From: Hyaloraphidium curvatum SAG 235-1
Lineage: Eukaryota; Fungi; Monoblepharomycota
Reading direction: 5' to 3'
Length of the DNA stretch: 64,000 nt
Assembly (NCBI GenBank): GCA_025558095.1
Contig: JAIVFI010000017.1
Span: 496,001-560,000 of the forward strand
Shown one piece after another: positions 1 through 13,200 of this stretch. The notes beneath the pieces are model-generated. The model did no database searches, had not been told where the DNA came from, and saw nothing but the letters and a program-made list of their open reading frames with translations. Both the position numbers and the translations under genes were made by a program. Numbering within the stretch: the stretch's first letter is position 1; each line of letters opens with the position of its first letter.

Positions 1-135
1 AGCCTTCTAGTTGGACTTCTTGGGGTTGGCACAGTTAGCATAGAAGAAACGTCTTCGTTTGAGATCACCTTGATGCTTGTACACGAGACCACTGGCAGCG
101 CGGAGATTCGGAGCCATGGTTGAGGGCGTAATAAG

Positions 136-1517
136 ATGCGAGGACAAACAAACAGAGCCGCCACTCTCTCCGTCCTTTTGCCCCCGCTTGCGCCAATGAA
201 CGTGGGCAAGAAGCGGAAGCATGGCTTCCTTGACAACTCAGTTGACGATTCCGGCTCCCCGCGAAACGGGACGGGGCACCACGAGGGCGCAGAGGGCCAC
301 GTCGGGTCCTCTTCTGCCAAACCCCGAAAGAAGACCTTGAAGCTTTCTAGCCGCCGCGACGCCCTCGACGAATCGGGAGACGGGGATGTCGGCGACCAGG
401 ATGCCGCGAGGAAGAAGCTGGAAGCCTTGCTCTCTGCCCAGCTGGACTTTGAATGGGACGCAGATATTCTGCCAGGGGACGCCGCCGCGACAACCGTCTT
501 TGGGGAGGAGAAGCTGAACAAACGGGAGCGGAAAAGGCGGAAGCGGATGTTGGAGTCCCGTGTGGCCGCGAAGGAGAGCTCCCCGGAGCCCAACGGGCAC
601 ATGGAGCCCGACGAGGACTCGATTCTGCGGGACGACCTTGCGGTCGGCGGTTTCGACTCGGACGGCTTCGACGTGGGCGTAGATTCGGACGACTCTGAGG
701 ACTATGGGACTTCTGACGGGTCCGGTGGCTCGGATTCGGAAGAGGAACGGCCCGTCAATGTTCGGAAGCCGGCGCCAAAGGTCGAGGTGGTCGAGTTCCG
801 GGATCCGTCACAACAGAGGACAACGGCATCGTCGAATCCGCTGGAATTCAAGAGTTTTATGGTGATTGACATTGGCCGGTGCTCGTTTGGAGAGGCATGT
901 AGCTGATTTTGAGATCCCGAAAGTCCTCGAAGGTTTCCAAGACTCTCGCCGCGAACGCTCCAAAGACACCCCTTCCGACAGCGGCCGAAGCAGCTCAGGA
1001 CAAGCAGGACGACCTGCACGACAAGGAGCTCATGTCCCTGCTCCGCTCGACCCAGCTGATCGAGCAGCTCACATCTGCTGAGCTCCAGGGCGCCGAGCGG
1101 CGGTCCTACCTCGCCCAACGGGCCGTGGAACTCGGCCTCCGCCCGGAAAGGCGGCCCAAGGTGCCGCGGGCGATCCTTCAGGGGATGCGGGAGAAGGGCA
1201 AGGAGCGGGCGAAGAAGGAGATCCAGGAGCTGAAGGAGACGGGAATGCTCACCGGCTCGGCGAGGCGGAAGATCGAGGCCAGGATCGACGCTCCGAAGCG
1301 GAAGAAGAAGTTCAGGCCGCCGCCGAACGAAGTCGGGACGGTCGGGCGGATGAACAAGGAGGGCATTCTGGTGGTGAGCAAGCGGACCATCAAGCAGGTG
1401 GAGCGCGAGGGGGAGAGGGAGAAGGCGGCGCGGAAGAGAAAGAGGGATCCTTTCGGGGATTCGTCGGCGCCGAAGTCCAAGGGGAAGAAGAAGGGAGGGA
1501 AGAAGAAGCGGCGATGA
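136..1517 (+). CDS. Probable 40S ribosome biogenesis factor (Faf1/C1orf131-like), 2 exons
   Basis: Acidic/basic low-complexity N-terminus. Intron 862-923 (GTGATT..CTGAT..AAG) gives FKSFM|SSKVSK. Followed by DKELMSLLRSTQLI, PKVPRAILQGM, VGRMNKEGILVVSKRTI and a Lys-rich tail. The real start may be a later ATG. Confidence 0.6.
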
Positions 1518-1596
1518 AAAGCAGTGTATGGACGGAAGGCGATTACAGGCACGCAGCGACTTCAACGGGCTCTAGCCACGGGGAAAAGGTGTTCGA

Positions 1597-2592
1597 TCAG
1601 GCGCCCTTGCTAGGAGTAGCACCGCCGGAGTGGTCCTCGTGCTCTTCGAACTCGGCCAGGGTCGCGATCGCGTTTGCGATGATCTGGCGAAACACCGAGG
1701 AGTCAGTCCAAAGTCGCCTCATGAATTCGTTCCCTATGGACACTCACAGCGTACTTGTAGTTCCCGAGATCGCGCACGGTCTTGATGTGTAGCTCGGCGA
1801 AAACCTTGTCCTTCTCCTCGCTGATCCCCTTGAGAGCCGAGGGGGGCGAGTTGAGGATCTCGGTGATGCTCTTGCTGCCGGAAGCCACGGAAAAGCAGCG
1901 AAGTTCAGAAAAAATCCTTTTCGTTAGAGCATCCACGTACTGGGCGTGCTCGTGATCCACGATCTTGTTCACGTTTGCGTGGCTCTGCTCGGGCCGCTTG
2001 CCCTCCTGCTCGTAGGCCTCGAGCGTGAGCAGGGCGTGGGCGACGCGCCAGTGTTTCCACTGGGCAAAGTCGTGCATCTTGTCGACGTGGAGCTATGATC
2101 AGAGGGCGCAATCAGGCCATTGGTGCCGTCGACAATTGCATTGACTCACGCTCTTGAGCAGCCCCTCGGCGTGCGCTCCGACGCCCCTGAGGGCAATCAC
2201 GTGGGAGTGCATAGCGGATGAGAAAGTCCTGGTGTCGTGGCGGTGGTCGAGGGCCTGTTTCGGGGGAGATTCAGAGCCCGAATCAAGGGGGCGTCGTTTC
2301 CGGGTGACCCACCCCGGAAATGTTCATCGCGTATTTGGAGAAGTCGACGGGCTGCCGGAGAGCGTTGGAAGAGGTCCGAGAACGGCGCGGGACGCTCGCC
2401 GACCTTCTTCGCCCTCTTGTGCTTGTGTTCTTCGCCGTTCGGATGCCCGTTCGCCGCGGGGGCGCCCTCCGGTTCCTCGGCCTCGTGCGGCCGCTTGGGC
2501 CCCTCGGGAACTTCGACGGGCTGCTCGGTCATCTCGATGGTTGGCTCGGGAGCGGGGGCGACGGGGACTTCGGGGGCGACGGCCTCCGACAT
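1597..2592 (-). CDS. Uncharacterised protein with two tandem copies of a ~70-aa helical (HhH-like) domain, multi-exon
   Basis: Spliced reading gives repeat 1 MNISGALD..VIALRGVG..LHVDKMHDFAQWKHWRVAHALLTLEAYE and repeat 2 NVNKIVD..PSALKGIS..LHIKTVRDLGNYKY..ANAIATLAEFE. Stop TGA at 1597-1599. Confidence 0.65.
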
Positions 2593-3063
2593 GTTTTCGG
2601 TTGGGGCGGCCGGTGACTCGAATCACTCGAGTTGCGCGAACTTGACCCCGTCGACGCCCAACCGCCCAACGATGGATGTGTTCAAGAACCCATAAACAAA
2701 TGTAGGAGCATTTTCCGCCAAGAACCGGATGGATGCTGGTTGTACGAGAGACTGCCGACGGGGGCACTATGAAGCAAAAGCCATCCGAAGATCCATCCCA
2801 ATCGCCGTAGCTCCGCGTCGAGTACAGGTAGCTCTGAAGGATGATTTCCGCCTGCTGCCTGATGGAGCAGCACCCGTGAGAGATGACAGGCCACTGTGGC
2901 AACCATTTCCGGAAGATCCCCCGCTCCCGTCCCGGCACCGCCCGGACCACGTCCCCAGCCAAACACGCCCTTGCGCTCGCCACAGTGCCCTCTCCTCCAC
3001 CGCCGTCCGCCGCCGGACGGAAATCTCCACGCGCACCGCCGGCCGACCCGCGGCGGCGGCGCT

Positions 3064-4499
3064 ATGGCGGACCCGAAGCCGCTGCCGTACCCCGCGCTGC
3101 CGTTCCTCCTCGCGGCGCGCAAGGCCGACGTGCCGTTCAACGTGCGCGGCGTGCCCGGCCTCGAGGAGTACCAGCGCTTCGTCCTGCGCAACGCGCCGCG
3201 CGTCGCCGCCGTCGAGAGGATCCTGCGGGGTGCGCGCGCCGCGGCGAACCTGTCGGGCCGCGCTGAGTCGTCGCACCGCAGGGATCGCGTTCACGTCGGG
3301 CGGGGTCGTCGCGCTGCTGGACCAGACGAAATGGAAGGGCAGGCTGGGCGATTCGCTGTACATGCAGGAGGTGGGCCGCCCGCAGCCGGGTCCGCTCGCT
3401 GGAGTGGTGACCACCGCCCCGTTCGCCTACTTCGTTTCTCTCTCCGTGAATCTCTCTTCAAATCTCTCTTCAGTTCTGCTTGATGGTTATCAACATCGTC
3501 GCCAACTTCCACACCGCCATTTTTTCGCTCTCGGGCCTCTTTGCGCCGGGCAAGATGACGCCGATACATACCCGGCTCCAGAACGCCTTCATGAGGGCGC
3601 AACTAAGCCGGCTTGGTGACGAGCCGTACGGAGCGCTGGCGCTCGTTTTCCAGCTCTTCACCTTTGTGGAGAAGTTCGCCGAGATATGGGCTCTGAAGCG
3701 GCTGGGGGACTCTGGGCGGTGGAACGTCGTGGTCTTGATCGAAGGTGTCAAGGTAGGAGACCCCTGTCCGGCACTGTTCCCGCTTCTGACCAAATAATCG
3801 CGCCAGACCGCAATAAGGCTCGCCTGCTTCCGCCTCCTCGGCTTCCGGGGACCGCTCCAGCCGCGGGTCGTGCCGGAGCGGGACCTGACCCTGACGCTGC
3901 CGAAACCGCCCGGGACCGTGACGCCGCCGATGGGTCCGGCGACGACCAACATGGAGGCCTCCATGAGCATGTCCGTGTCGGACCTGGCGCTCATGCCGTC
4001 GGTGCTTTCCGACGACGAGGCGGCGGAGCTCGTCGGCGTGCTTTCGGGCTGGGACCGGGCGGCCGAGTACGCCTTTATCCTCCGACCGATCGTCTATTGT
4101 GGGTTCCTCCTCGGCTTCTCGTATGGAGCTTGCTCCCTGACGGACCGCGCAGCCTTGCTACTCCGGCGGTCCAGCGCGCAGGGCACGCTCAAGACCGCCT
4201 GGACGCCGTACCTCGTCTCGCTCGCCATGGACCTCTCCTCGGTCTCGGTGCAGGCCTGGAAGGTCTTCAACGGCAACCCCACGTGGCTGGAGGAGGACGA
4301 GATGGTGCGCCGGCTGCACCTGCTCCTGTACTACCTCCTCCGCGAGCCCGTCTTTACGCTCTACACCAAGCCGGTGCTGCAGCGGTTCTTCCGCTACGCG
4401 GCACGGCGGCCGGTGGTCAACCTCCTGACCTTCATTCTCCTCGAGTACTCGGCTTATTGGGGCCGAGGTTTGTATTTCTACAGCGCCGCCAGCAGCTAG
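3064..4499 (+). CDS. PEX16: Peroxisomal membrane biogenesis protein Pex16, multi-exon
   Basis: YQRFVLRNAPRVAAVERILR, EKFAEIWA..RWNVVVLIEGVK, AEYAFILRPIVY, EEDEMVRR..LLYYLLREP, C-terminal YFYS. Confidence 0.9.
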
Positions 4500-4842
4500 C
4501 TGTAGAGAGGAGGCGAGAAGGAAGACGGTGAAGGTGGCTTTTCCAACAGGCTCCCCGCAACCACTTCCCGATCGGCGAAAGAAGCCGAAGGAACCATGTA
4601 CAACGATCCGGAATTACCGGAGCATTACACTCGTTGAAGCAAATGAATGTGAAGGCGGGAGACGAGGCTCCGGATCTCCGTCCGTGCGGGCTCCCAGCCG
4701 TCCTGCATCCCCGAATCAAACTTCACGTACCGTCCTCCCCGAGCCGCCCGCGAGCCGGCGTACTTGCCGTGCTCTTCATTCCGCACCCCTCACTACGCAC
4801 GGCGGGGCCCCTTCCGCCCCCGCGCGGTTCGCCCCCGCAAAC

Positions 4843-5596
4843 ATGACCGACGCGCCGCCGCCCGCCGAGCCGTTCGCGGCGGAGGTTTCAACGGCCGTCA
4901 ACTACCTCGCCGGGTACCTCCTCGCCGACGTGCCGCACACGCAGCTGGCCCGCTTCCGCGCCGCGCTGCTGGCCGCCGTCACCGCAAAGTGCCGCGTGTC
5001 GTGGGACCCCGAGAGGCCGGAGAAGGGGTCCGCATTCCGCTCCGTTGCTTTCCACGGCCGCGTCGACCCGCTGGTCGAGAGAGCGGCCGCGGACGCGGGA
5101 ATCTCGAGGCCAATCGGCTCGTTCTTCCCCTCGGAGCTAGTGTGGGCACCGCACCTGTCTCGCCGGCTTCACCGCTCCCGCTAACCGTCAATGCCATTCC
5201 CGCACCTACGCCCATCTCGCCGGTCGCGGCAACTGCTAATTGTTGTTGCTGTTGGAAACTAGGCTCTGGTGCGACCCCGGCGAGGTCTCCTTCAGGATCG
5301 GCGAACACGGCACGGTGCAGTCTCTCTACCGCGACCCCTCGACGCCCACGAGTGCCGGTTCCGGCAACGGCTCCGCAGGGTCGGGCTCCATCTCCCCCGC
5401 CGAGCCCTCGCTGCCTCCTCTCCCGCGGTACGCAACGGGCCAGAAGCGGCAGCAGTCGTTCAGGGCCGACGACGACGAGCCGCTCTGGGTGCTTCCGACG
5501 GCGACGCCGAGGAACAAGATCCGAATTCGGAGGCCGGACGAGGCGCAAAGCTCGCCCGCGTACGCGAGGGCGGGAAGCGGGCTGGCGTTCGTCTGA
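4843..5596 (+). CDS. BTG/Tob anti-proliferative domain protein (CCR4-NOT/CAF1 partner family)
   Basis: EVSTAVNYL..FRAAL..WDPERPEKGSAFRSV (box A) and FPSELV|LWCDPGEVSFRIGE (box B). One intron. Confidence 0.85.
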
Positions 5597-5763
5597 GGAC
5601 GCGGACTCTTCAGTGACTCTCGACGAACGAACGGACTCATTCTCAACGCTGATTCCTGGAATGGCGGGCTGCATTCTTGCGTATGTACATAGCCTTTTTC
5701 CTGCATTCAATCTAGTTGCTGTTTCCCACTGGTATCACTCCAGCTTGCAGGCTCCGTGGGGTA

Positions 5764-7567
5764 TCACCGCTTCGGAGGAGGTATTCCGAGGCGCAGCAGC
5801 GTGTCCCATCTCTTCTCGCTCTCCTCCCTGGTCCAAACCTGCGTGCCGAGGTCCGGCTTGTAGTGCGGCCCCTTGGTCCGGTCCGGGGGCTTGTACAACT
5901 GGGCCGGAGCCGCCGCACGCGCGGGAGCCGGGGCCGCGGAGGAGGGGGCGGAGTGCTGCGACCCGCCGCGGGCGTCGTTCTCGCTCTCTTGCGACTCGAG
6001 GTTGATCGCCGGCGGCGCAGAGGCGCGGCGGGGCTCCTCCGGTTCCGGATCCCGCCAGGTGCGGCCGCTGCGCTGCACGGAGGGTACCACGCTCGCCGGC
6101 TCGGGGTCCGAAACAGCGGCGAGGGCATAAGCTTCCGCGAGGGCATCCGAGAGGCCTTTGGCTTCCCGGCGGGGCCGGTTCCGTGCTTCCGGAGGCGTCG
6201 GAAACTGAGGAGCGGGGGTGGGGAAGGACAGGGTCAGGGTTATGGGGCAGTGGTCTCCGTGATCCCAGGTCGTGAACTGCGGATTGCCGTGAGCCGTGGG
6301 AGAAGGTTCGGCGAGGTTTTGAACGCACATGCGACATGATGTCGGCGTCCAAGACGCGCTCGCGGTAGGTATCTTCGTCGACGAGGAAGAGGTCGATGCG
6401 CCAGCCCGAGTTGCTGGCCTTCTTGTCTGCACGTCCGTGAGTGACAGCTACATCCGCAGCGCAACGCGAAACACCCACTGGTCCCGCGCGAAAAGTAGGT
6501 GTACACCGCCGTCCGGCCGGGATTGAGATCGCGCCAAGCGTCAACCATGCCTGCGGTGTGGAGGAGGTCGATGTTGCGGTTTTTGGCCGGCGAGGTGTAC
6601 GCCTGGCGCACGCAGAGTCAGGATCATGTATCGCGCAGCAGACCGAAGAATCAACACACTTTCGGCCGGAAAACGTCTGCATGAGGGAAAGAGCCCGCAG
6701 TTAGCTTTTCTGGGTGGCCTCGTTGCGTTGGCAAGCCCACCAAGAGACGTATGTGCGATGTTGAAGTCGCCGACGACAATGACCCTCTTGCCCTCGGCGC
6801 GCAGCTCCTTCACACGCTCAACCAGCAGTCCCATCCACTTCTGCTTGTATTCTCTGCGTTCCTGCCTGATGGTGCAGGGGGCGTACTGGCCACCAGCGTC
6901 AGAGCTGTCAACGTGCGCACAACAAGGAGACGCCCACGATGTTGATGAGCAGAAAGTCGCCGTGGTCCGTCATCACTGCCCTCCCCTCCTCCTTGTCCAT
7001 CGGCCCCTTCCCGAACCCCGCCCACGCGGCCCGCGTCAGCCCCTTCTTCGCGTACGTCGCCGTCCCCGAGAACGGCTTCCCGTCCTCCGGCAGGCACCAG
7101 AAGCAGTCGTACCCCGGCACCGACAGCAAATCATCCGGCAGCTCCGCGGGCTCGGGAACCTTGGTCTCCTGGAAGCACACGATGTCGGCGCGAACGCGCG
7201 AGAACCAGTCCGCGAGCACGTCGGACCGGGTGCGGCGCTTCAGCTTGGCGGCGAGCTTGGCGGCGAACTGGCGCAGGCCATTGATGTTCCAGGAGACGAT
7301 GCGGAGCTCCCTCTCGGGTCCGAGAGCAGGCGCCGCCGCGGGGGCCTCCGAGTGGGGGAGGGACGACGGTCCCGGACGGGCCGGCGGGGAGCCATCCCGG
7401 GGGGACGACCCGGCATTGTCATCCCACCAGGCGGGCGAGACCGGGTCCGGGTCGGGGAGTGAAGTCCGGGGCCGTGTGCGCGCCGCAGGCGAGCCGGGGG
7501 AGGGCGGGTCCGACCGGCGGCGCTTCGGCGCATGCCCGAACAGCGGACCGCGGCCGCCCGGATCCAT
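5764..7567 (-). CDS. ExoIII-family AP endonuclease (APE/Apn2-like), multi-exon
   Basis: IVSWNINGLR, DIVCFQETK, EGRAV, GDFNIAH, DAWRDLNP..YTYF, GWRIDLFL, DHCPI. Confidence 0.9.
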
Positions 7568-7826
7568 GCCGGAAAGCGGTTCACGGACGCTAGCGGGCCG
7601 CGATGAGCGGGATTGAATGGGCCTTGCCCGGTAGTACGCCGGGTGGAAGGTTGCAGCGTTGGTCTGCCTCCTCACGATGCGGCGACTCATCAGTCAAGAG
7701 TGAACCTCAAATCTACAGCTCATCGCCGTTCCAAAATGCTCAATGACTTGAAAAAGCCCCCTAAGCCGTGCTCTCCAGCACCGCCGCGGCCTCGGCCTGC
7801 CACTCCTTTCCGTGCCGAACGCTTCA

Positions 7827-9839
7827 TCAGCTCCCGATCCACTCGACGCATGCCGGACCCACCTTCGGCACCGCACCCGCCGGCATGTTCCGCAGCTGGA
7901 AGCTCAACCGCACCCCCTTGGCCCACCTGGGCAGCGACGACGGGCCGGGGCGGTCGCGCATGGTGCCGAGGACGCCGTGGGAGCACCCGCTTAAGGGGTT
8001 CCCGTGGAACAAGATTATGTCGCCGGAGTTGAGGTCGAGCTCGGTGCAGCTGAAGCAAGCTGGAAGGGAGGTGAGGACCGGGGCGGTGATGGGGCAGGCG
8101 GCGACGTACACTGCGATTTCCTGTGCGCGGACAAGGGTCGGAAGAACGGTGAGATTGCATCCTTCCGATCTGCCTTCTCGCCACGCACCATCTCGTCATG
8201 TCCCCCGCCTGCTTGACCCCCGTCGCCGGGCACCATCCCTCTGCTCGCAGTCAGCCCCCGCGCATACGATCGCGCCATGAAGGGGACCCACTGTGGAAGA
8301 AGCGCCTGCACCGCGTGTACAGGTCCACGCAGAACCTGACCGAGTGCCCGATGCTGGCGATGGCGACCCAGCCCGTCTGCGGGCCGTCGAGGTGCGGGTG
8401 GACTGCGGGCCAATCAACGCAATAAACACGTCAGCATCCGCGCATGCAGGCGTCGCCGGAGGAGGACCCACAATCGCCCCCATCCGTCGTCCGCCCGGGA
8501 CGGTACTTGATCACCTGCATCTGCAGCGCGTTCGGGTTCCCCTTGTCCACCATCACCCCGGCGCCGTACCGCTTCTCCGCCAGCTCCAGCAGGCCCGTGA
8601 GCATGTCCCCGAGCTTGAACCCGCGCGCGTAGTCCAGGCCCATGCCGCGGGGCCAGACCTTCTCGTTGCGGTCTTTGCACGCGCCGCCGGTGGAGATGGC
8701 GCCGCAGTGGATGCCGAGGGATTTGGCTTCGAGGGTGGAGGCGCCGAAGACCTTTTCGAACCCTGTGCGTGCAAGCCAATGAAGACGGGCGGCGGGAACC
8801 CATGGTGGCGGAAAGGTCAGCCAGAGACCGCCTCCACACAGTTGCATGCACGCACTCCTCGCCAGCTCCACGCCGCCGCATCCGTCCACGTTGCGGAAGA
8901 CGAAGAAGGGCCGCGGGCCGCCGTAGTCGATCCGCAGGATCTGCGCCTTGGCCGCCTGCTCGGGGAGGCTGAAGGGCACGAAGGGCGTGCGGGAGGTGAT
9001 GATGTCGGGGTAGGCCCTGTGCGCACCAGTCGTGCAGATGGCGGTCAGCGGGGAACGTCATCGCCCCGGCGGCGAATGCGCACCGTCCCTCGCGGAGCAC
9101 CGCGATCCTCTCCCCCGCCATCGGCTCGGGCTCGTGCCCCGTGCCGATCATCTCGCCCGGGCCCCAGTAGGACGCCGTGGCGTTGGTTTCCAGGCGCCCG
9201 TTGCGCACGCGGCCGCGATCTGTGGATGTCCATGTCCAGATCAAGGTTCGGTGAGCGGCTTCTCCGGGCACCGCGGCCGTGAACGGAAACCCACTGACGA
9301 AATTGCTGCTGATGCGGCCGAAATCGCCCTTGCACAGCTCCCTCGTGTACAGCGCGTCTTCCCACGCCCGCATCAGCCCCTTGCGTGCGCATCGGGCGGC
9401 GACCTGGGGACAGCTCACCGATCGTCTCCCTCTGCCTCGCGACCCACTCGGCCATCCGCGGCCCGACCTCCCTGCAGTTGGCGCACGCGTAGTTGTCCTC
9501 GGCAGGGTTGTCGAACAGGCACGCGGGGCAGGTCCACGGCGCGGCCTTGCGGCAGGCGAACAGGTCCTGCATCGAAAATCCGGGCGGCAGGTCCGGCCTG
9601 GCGTCGGGGGCCGGCTTCTTCCTGGGGGGAGGCGCGGGTAGCTCGTCGTCCGAGTCGACGGTGAGGTCGATGGTCGGCCCGGGCTCCTTCTTGATTTTCG
9701 GCCCGGGGGACGGCGAGTCCCGCGCGGGGGAGAAAGGGTCGTCGTCTGCGCCGCGGGGGCGCTTCGCGGCCTCCCGTTCGCGGCGCTCGGCTGCGAGGAG
9801 TCCGAGTAAGAGGTTTGCGGAGGGCACGGGGGCGGACAT
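7827..9839 (-). CDS. RanBP2-type zinc finger fused to an AlkB-like 2OG-Fe(II) dioxygenase, multi-exon
   Basis: WTCPACLFDN..CANC finger. Spliced C-terminal half has QVIKY..HPHLDG (HxD), IASIGHSVRF, LNSGDIILFHG, SHGV and RLSFQLR. Confidence 0.7.
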
Positions 9840-10253
9840 CGTGGGGGGCAGCGGGGGGAGTGTTGGAGTGTCGGGAGCGAGGTGCCGCGAAAGCCCGGGC
9901 GAGTGGGTGACCCCAAATTGATTGTCCCCCGGAGCGGTCGGCGCGGGGAATTCCGGCCGTATCTAGCAATGGGAAGGGTCGGAGTATGTTCCGAACGGCA
10001 GATCTGGGGTCGGCGGGGACGGATGCTGGGGAATGCCGGGGTCACTTTGGTGCGAGTGAATGAAGCCGGGGCTCAGAGGCAGGTGTTCCCTCTAGAAACC
10101 CCGTTCCATTGATATGAGAAGAACCAAAACCAGCTGACTGGAGATCCGATGCCTTTTTTTCCATCCAACGGAGTTTGCCGGGAGCGAGTTTGGGGGCGTC
10201 GATTCGGTGCTCGCGCGTTCCACGGAGCACCACTCCTTTCACGGGAGCCCGCG

Positions 10254-13200
10254 ATGGCGTCCGCGGAGGCTCCGTCGGCGGGCGCTCCCGCCTCCGGAAT
10301 GCTCATCACGGACATCGCGCTGGGCATCGCGCGGTTCCTCGAGCCGCCGGGGATGCGGGGCCGGGCGGACACGGCGGGCCTTGCGGGGCCGCCGCCCGAC
10401 GCGGCGCCCCTCGGCGAGCAGAGCAGGGCGGCGTGGCGTGCTCTGGATCCGCACCGCCACCCGCACGCGCGCAGCGCCGACGGCGGCGTCGGCGAGGCCG
10501 GAAAGAGGGCGCGCCGAGACCTCCTTTCGCTCGCCAAAGTGTGCCGCGCGCTCGCCGACGCCGCGCTGCCCTCGCTCTACTACGAGCTGGCACTCGACGG
10601 CATTTCCCCGCGGCGGCTGGAGCTGCTGGCGCGCACGCTGGCGGGGAGGGCCCGCGACGGCCCCGGCCCGCACCCGGCGTCGCTGGTCCGCGTGGTGCGG
10701 GTCCGCAGCTGGTCGCCCTCCTCCGCCCACGTCGTCGCCATTCTGCGAGCCACCGGACCCCATCTCTTCGCCCTCGACATGGCCCGCTGCAAGCTGCGCG
10801 GCTGGCTGCTGCACCGCGGCCCGCCCGCCCTCGACGCCTTCCCCGCCGGCTCGCGGCTGCGCGCCCTCAACCTCTCCATGGCGGGCTGGGACCACTCGGA
10901 CAAGGGCGGATCCAAGCTGGCCAAGATGCTCGCGGAAAAGTTCCCGCACCTCGAGGTGCTCGGGCTCGAGCAGGCGGGGCACATGCCGGCGCAGGCGCTC
11001 GTCAAGCTCGTCGTCGCCCTGCCCAGGCTGCGCGAGCTGCGCTTCGGCAGCCACCACATGATGTTCAGCGCCAAGTGGGTGTCGTGCACTGCAAGTGCAT
11101 CGCCGTGCATCGACTGACTGCATTCATGCTTCGCTTTCCTGCACGCTGCAGACAATGGATGTCGTTCCTCAAGGCCGTCCGCGCGCCGCTCAAGGGCGCC
11201 CCCAGGCTCGACGACGGCACACCGCCCACGCAGGCGCACAAGTTCCTCGCCCTCTCCTTCGACATGGAATCAATCTCGGACGCCGACTTCCACGATATGG
11301 ACCCCTGGTCCATCGCCGTCCTCGTCGCCTCGTCCTTCCCCAACCTCGCCTCCCTCTCCCTCACCTCCCTGCAACCGCGCGACGTCGCCGCCCTGCCGGA
11401 CCACCTCCTCCCCAACGCCCCCGACCCGGACCTCCTCGTCAGCGCGGACCGCCGCTCCCTGCACGCGCGCACCAAAGCCGCCGTCGCGCACCTCGCCTCG
11501 CTCGCGGGCCTGGCGGTGCAGCACAGGCGCGAGCAGGCGCTGCTCGGCCCCCCGCCCGAGATGTACGCCGACGGGTTCGGCGCCGCCGGCGCATTCCCCT
11601 TCCCGACCTTCGGCGGTGCCGGCGTCGGCCTCGGCCCCGATCTCGAACACGCCCTCGCCCACGCCCTCGCCGGCATCCTCCCCCCCACCCCTCCGGGGTC
11701 GGATGCGGGGCAGGGCGGCCTCGCTGCCCTGGTGCAGCAGCTCGCGCACGGGATCGCCGCCGCCGCGGCGAACGGCGGCCTGCCGATCCTTGGGACGGGG
11801 ATCGCGGCGGGGTTCCCGTTTCCGCACTGGTTCGGCCATCAGGGGTACGACGACGACATGCCTCCCTTGGAGGGGGCGGGGGACAGCGACGGGGAGATGC
11901 CGCCGCTGGAGCCGGTGCAGCCGGCGGCGAACGCGGCGCCCGTGCACGCTCAGCAGGCCAACCCCGCGCAGGCGCAGGGGGACGACGACGAGATGCCGCC
12001 GCTGGAAGCGATCGTCGAGTCCGAGTCCTCGGAGGACGAAATCGTGGGGTACGGCACGGCCCCCGAGCAGCAGCAGCAGCACCCCCGCGCGCCCGCCGTG
12101 CAGCCGGACGAGGTGGCGTCGATCGACGGGGTGAGCGAGGACGAGATGCCAGCGCTGGTCGCCGCGCCCGGCTACGAGAGCGACGCGGAAGACAGGGCGG
12201 TGAATGGCGGGGCGGTGGCGGGTGCGCCAGACGAGTCGGGGGATGCTGACTCGGAGGGATCGTCCTCGGATTCCGAGTCGGATGCCGATGATGCGGGCAA
12301 GGCGCTCTGGGGGAGCGGGGGCAGGCCGCCGGCGAAGCGCGGCGACGAGCCCGACGGCGCGGACGCGCAGGGGGCGTGGAACCGTCCCATCGAAAGCGAT
12401 GCGGTGCCGGCGGACGGGGACGACGGGCCGCCGGGGCTGGTGCCGTTCGGCGAGGGGAAGGGGAAAGGCGGCGCTGCGGGCAAGGGCAAGGGCAAGGCAG
12501 CCGGGGCCGGGTCGGGAGGCGGTGCGGCCGGCGGCGGCGGGGCGGGGAAAGGGGCCGGCGGCGGCGGCGGGGACGACGGCAAGAAGCCCAACGGGTCCGC
12601 GGGCGGCGGCGCGGGAGGCGGAGGCGGGGGCGGGGGCAAGAGGCCGAGGGGGTCGCGGCCGCCGAGGGACGCGGTGATGATCGACGGGGAGTACGTGCCG
12701 ATGCCCGCGCTCGAAGACGTGGAGGAGTGAGTTCCTGCGCAGATGGTTTTTGGCTGCGAGACAGGACTGATGCATGGGTGCAGCGAGCCGCCGCCGCAGA
12801 TCATCAAGGCCAAGCCGGCGCAGCCGTCGGGCGTCGCTCCTGCCCCCGCGGCCCCGCAGGCCAAGCCCGCGCCTCAGCCCAAGGCGGCGCCCAAGTCCGG
12901 GCCGGCCAAGCCGGCGGCGAAGAAGCCCGCGAGCGACGACGAGGACGACCTGCCGCCGCTCGAGACGATCGACGACACGGACGAGGAAGAGGAGGACGAC
13001 TACGACGAGGATGCGGACGAGGTGCGTGGGCTCTTTGCAGCATGTCGTGCGTCGCTGACGGCATTGAAAGGACGAGGAGGACTACGAGGACGACCTTCCC
13101 GGCGTCGACGACGAGGACGAGTCCGCCTCGGGCTCCGGCTCGGCCTCGGACGGCCCCGCCGTCGCCACCCCCGCCCCCCGGGTCGCCGGCACCCGCTCGC

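Noticed and set aside
7613-8425. Plus-strand ORFs between the AP endonuclease and AlkB-like genes
   Set aside because: They are antisense to the final AlkB-like exons.
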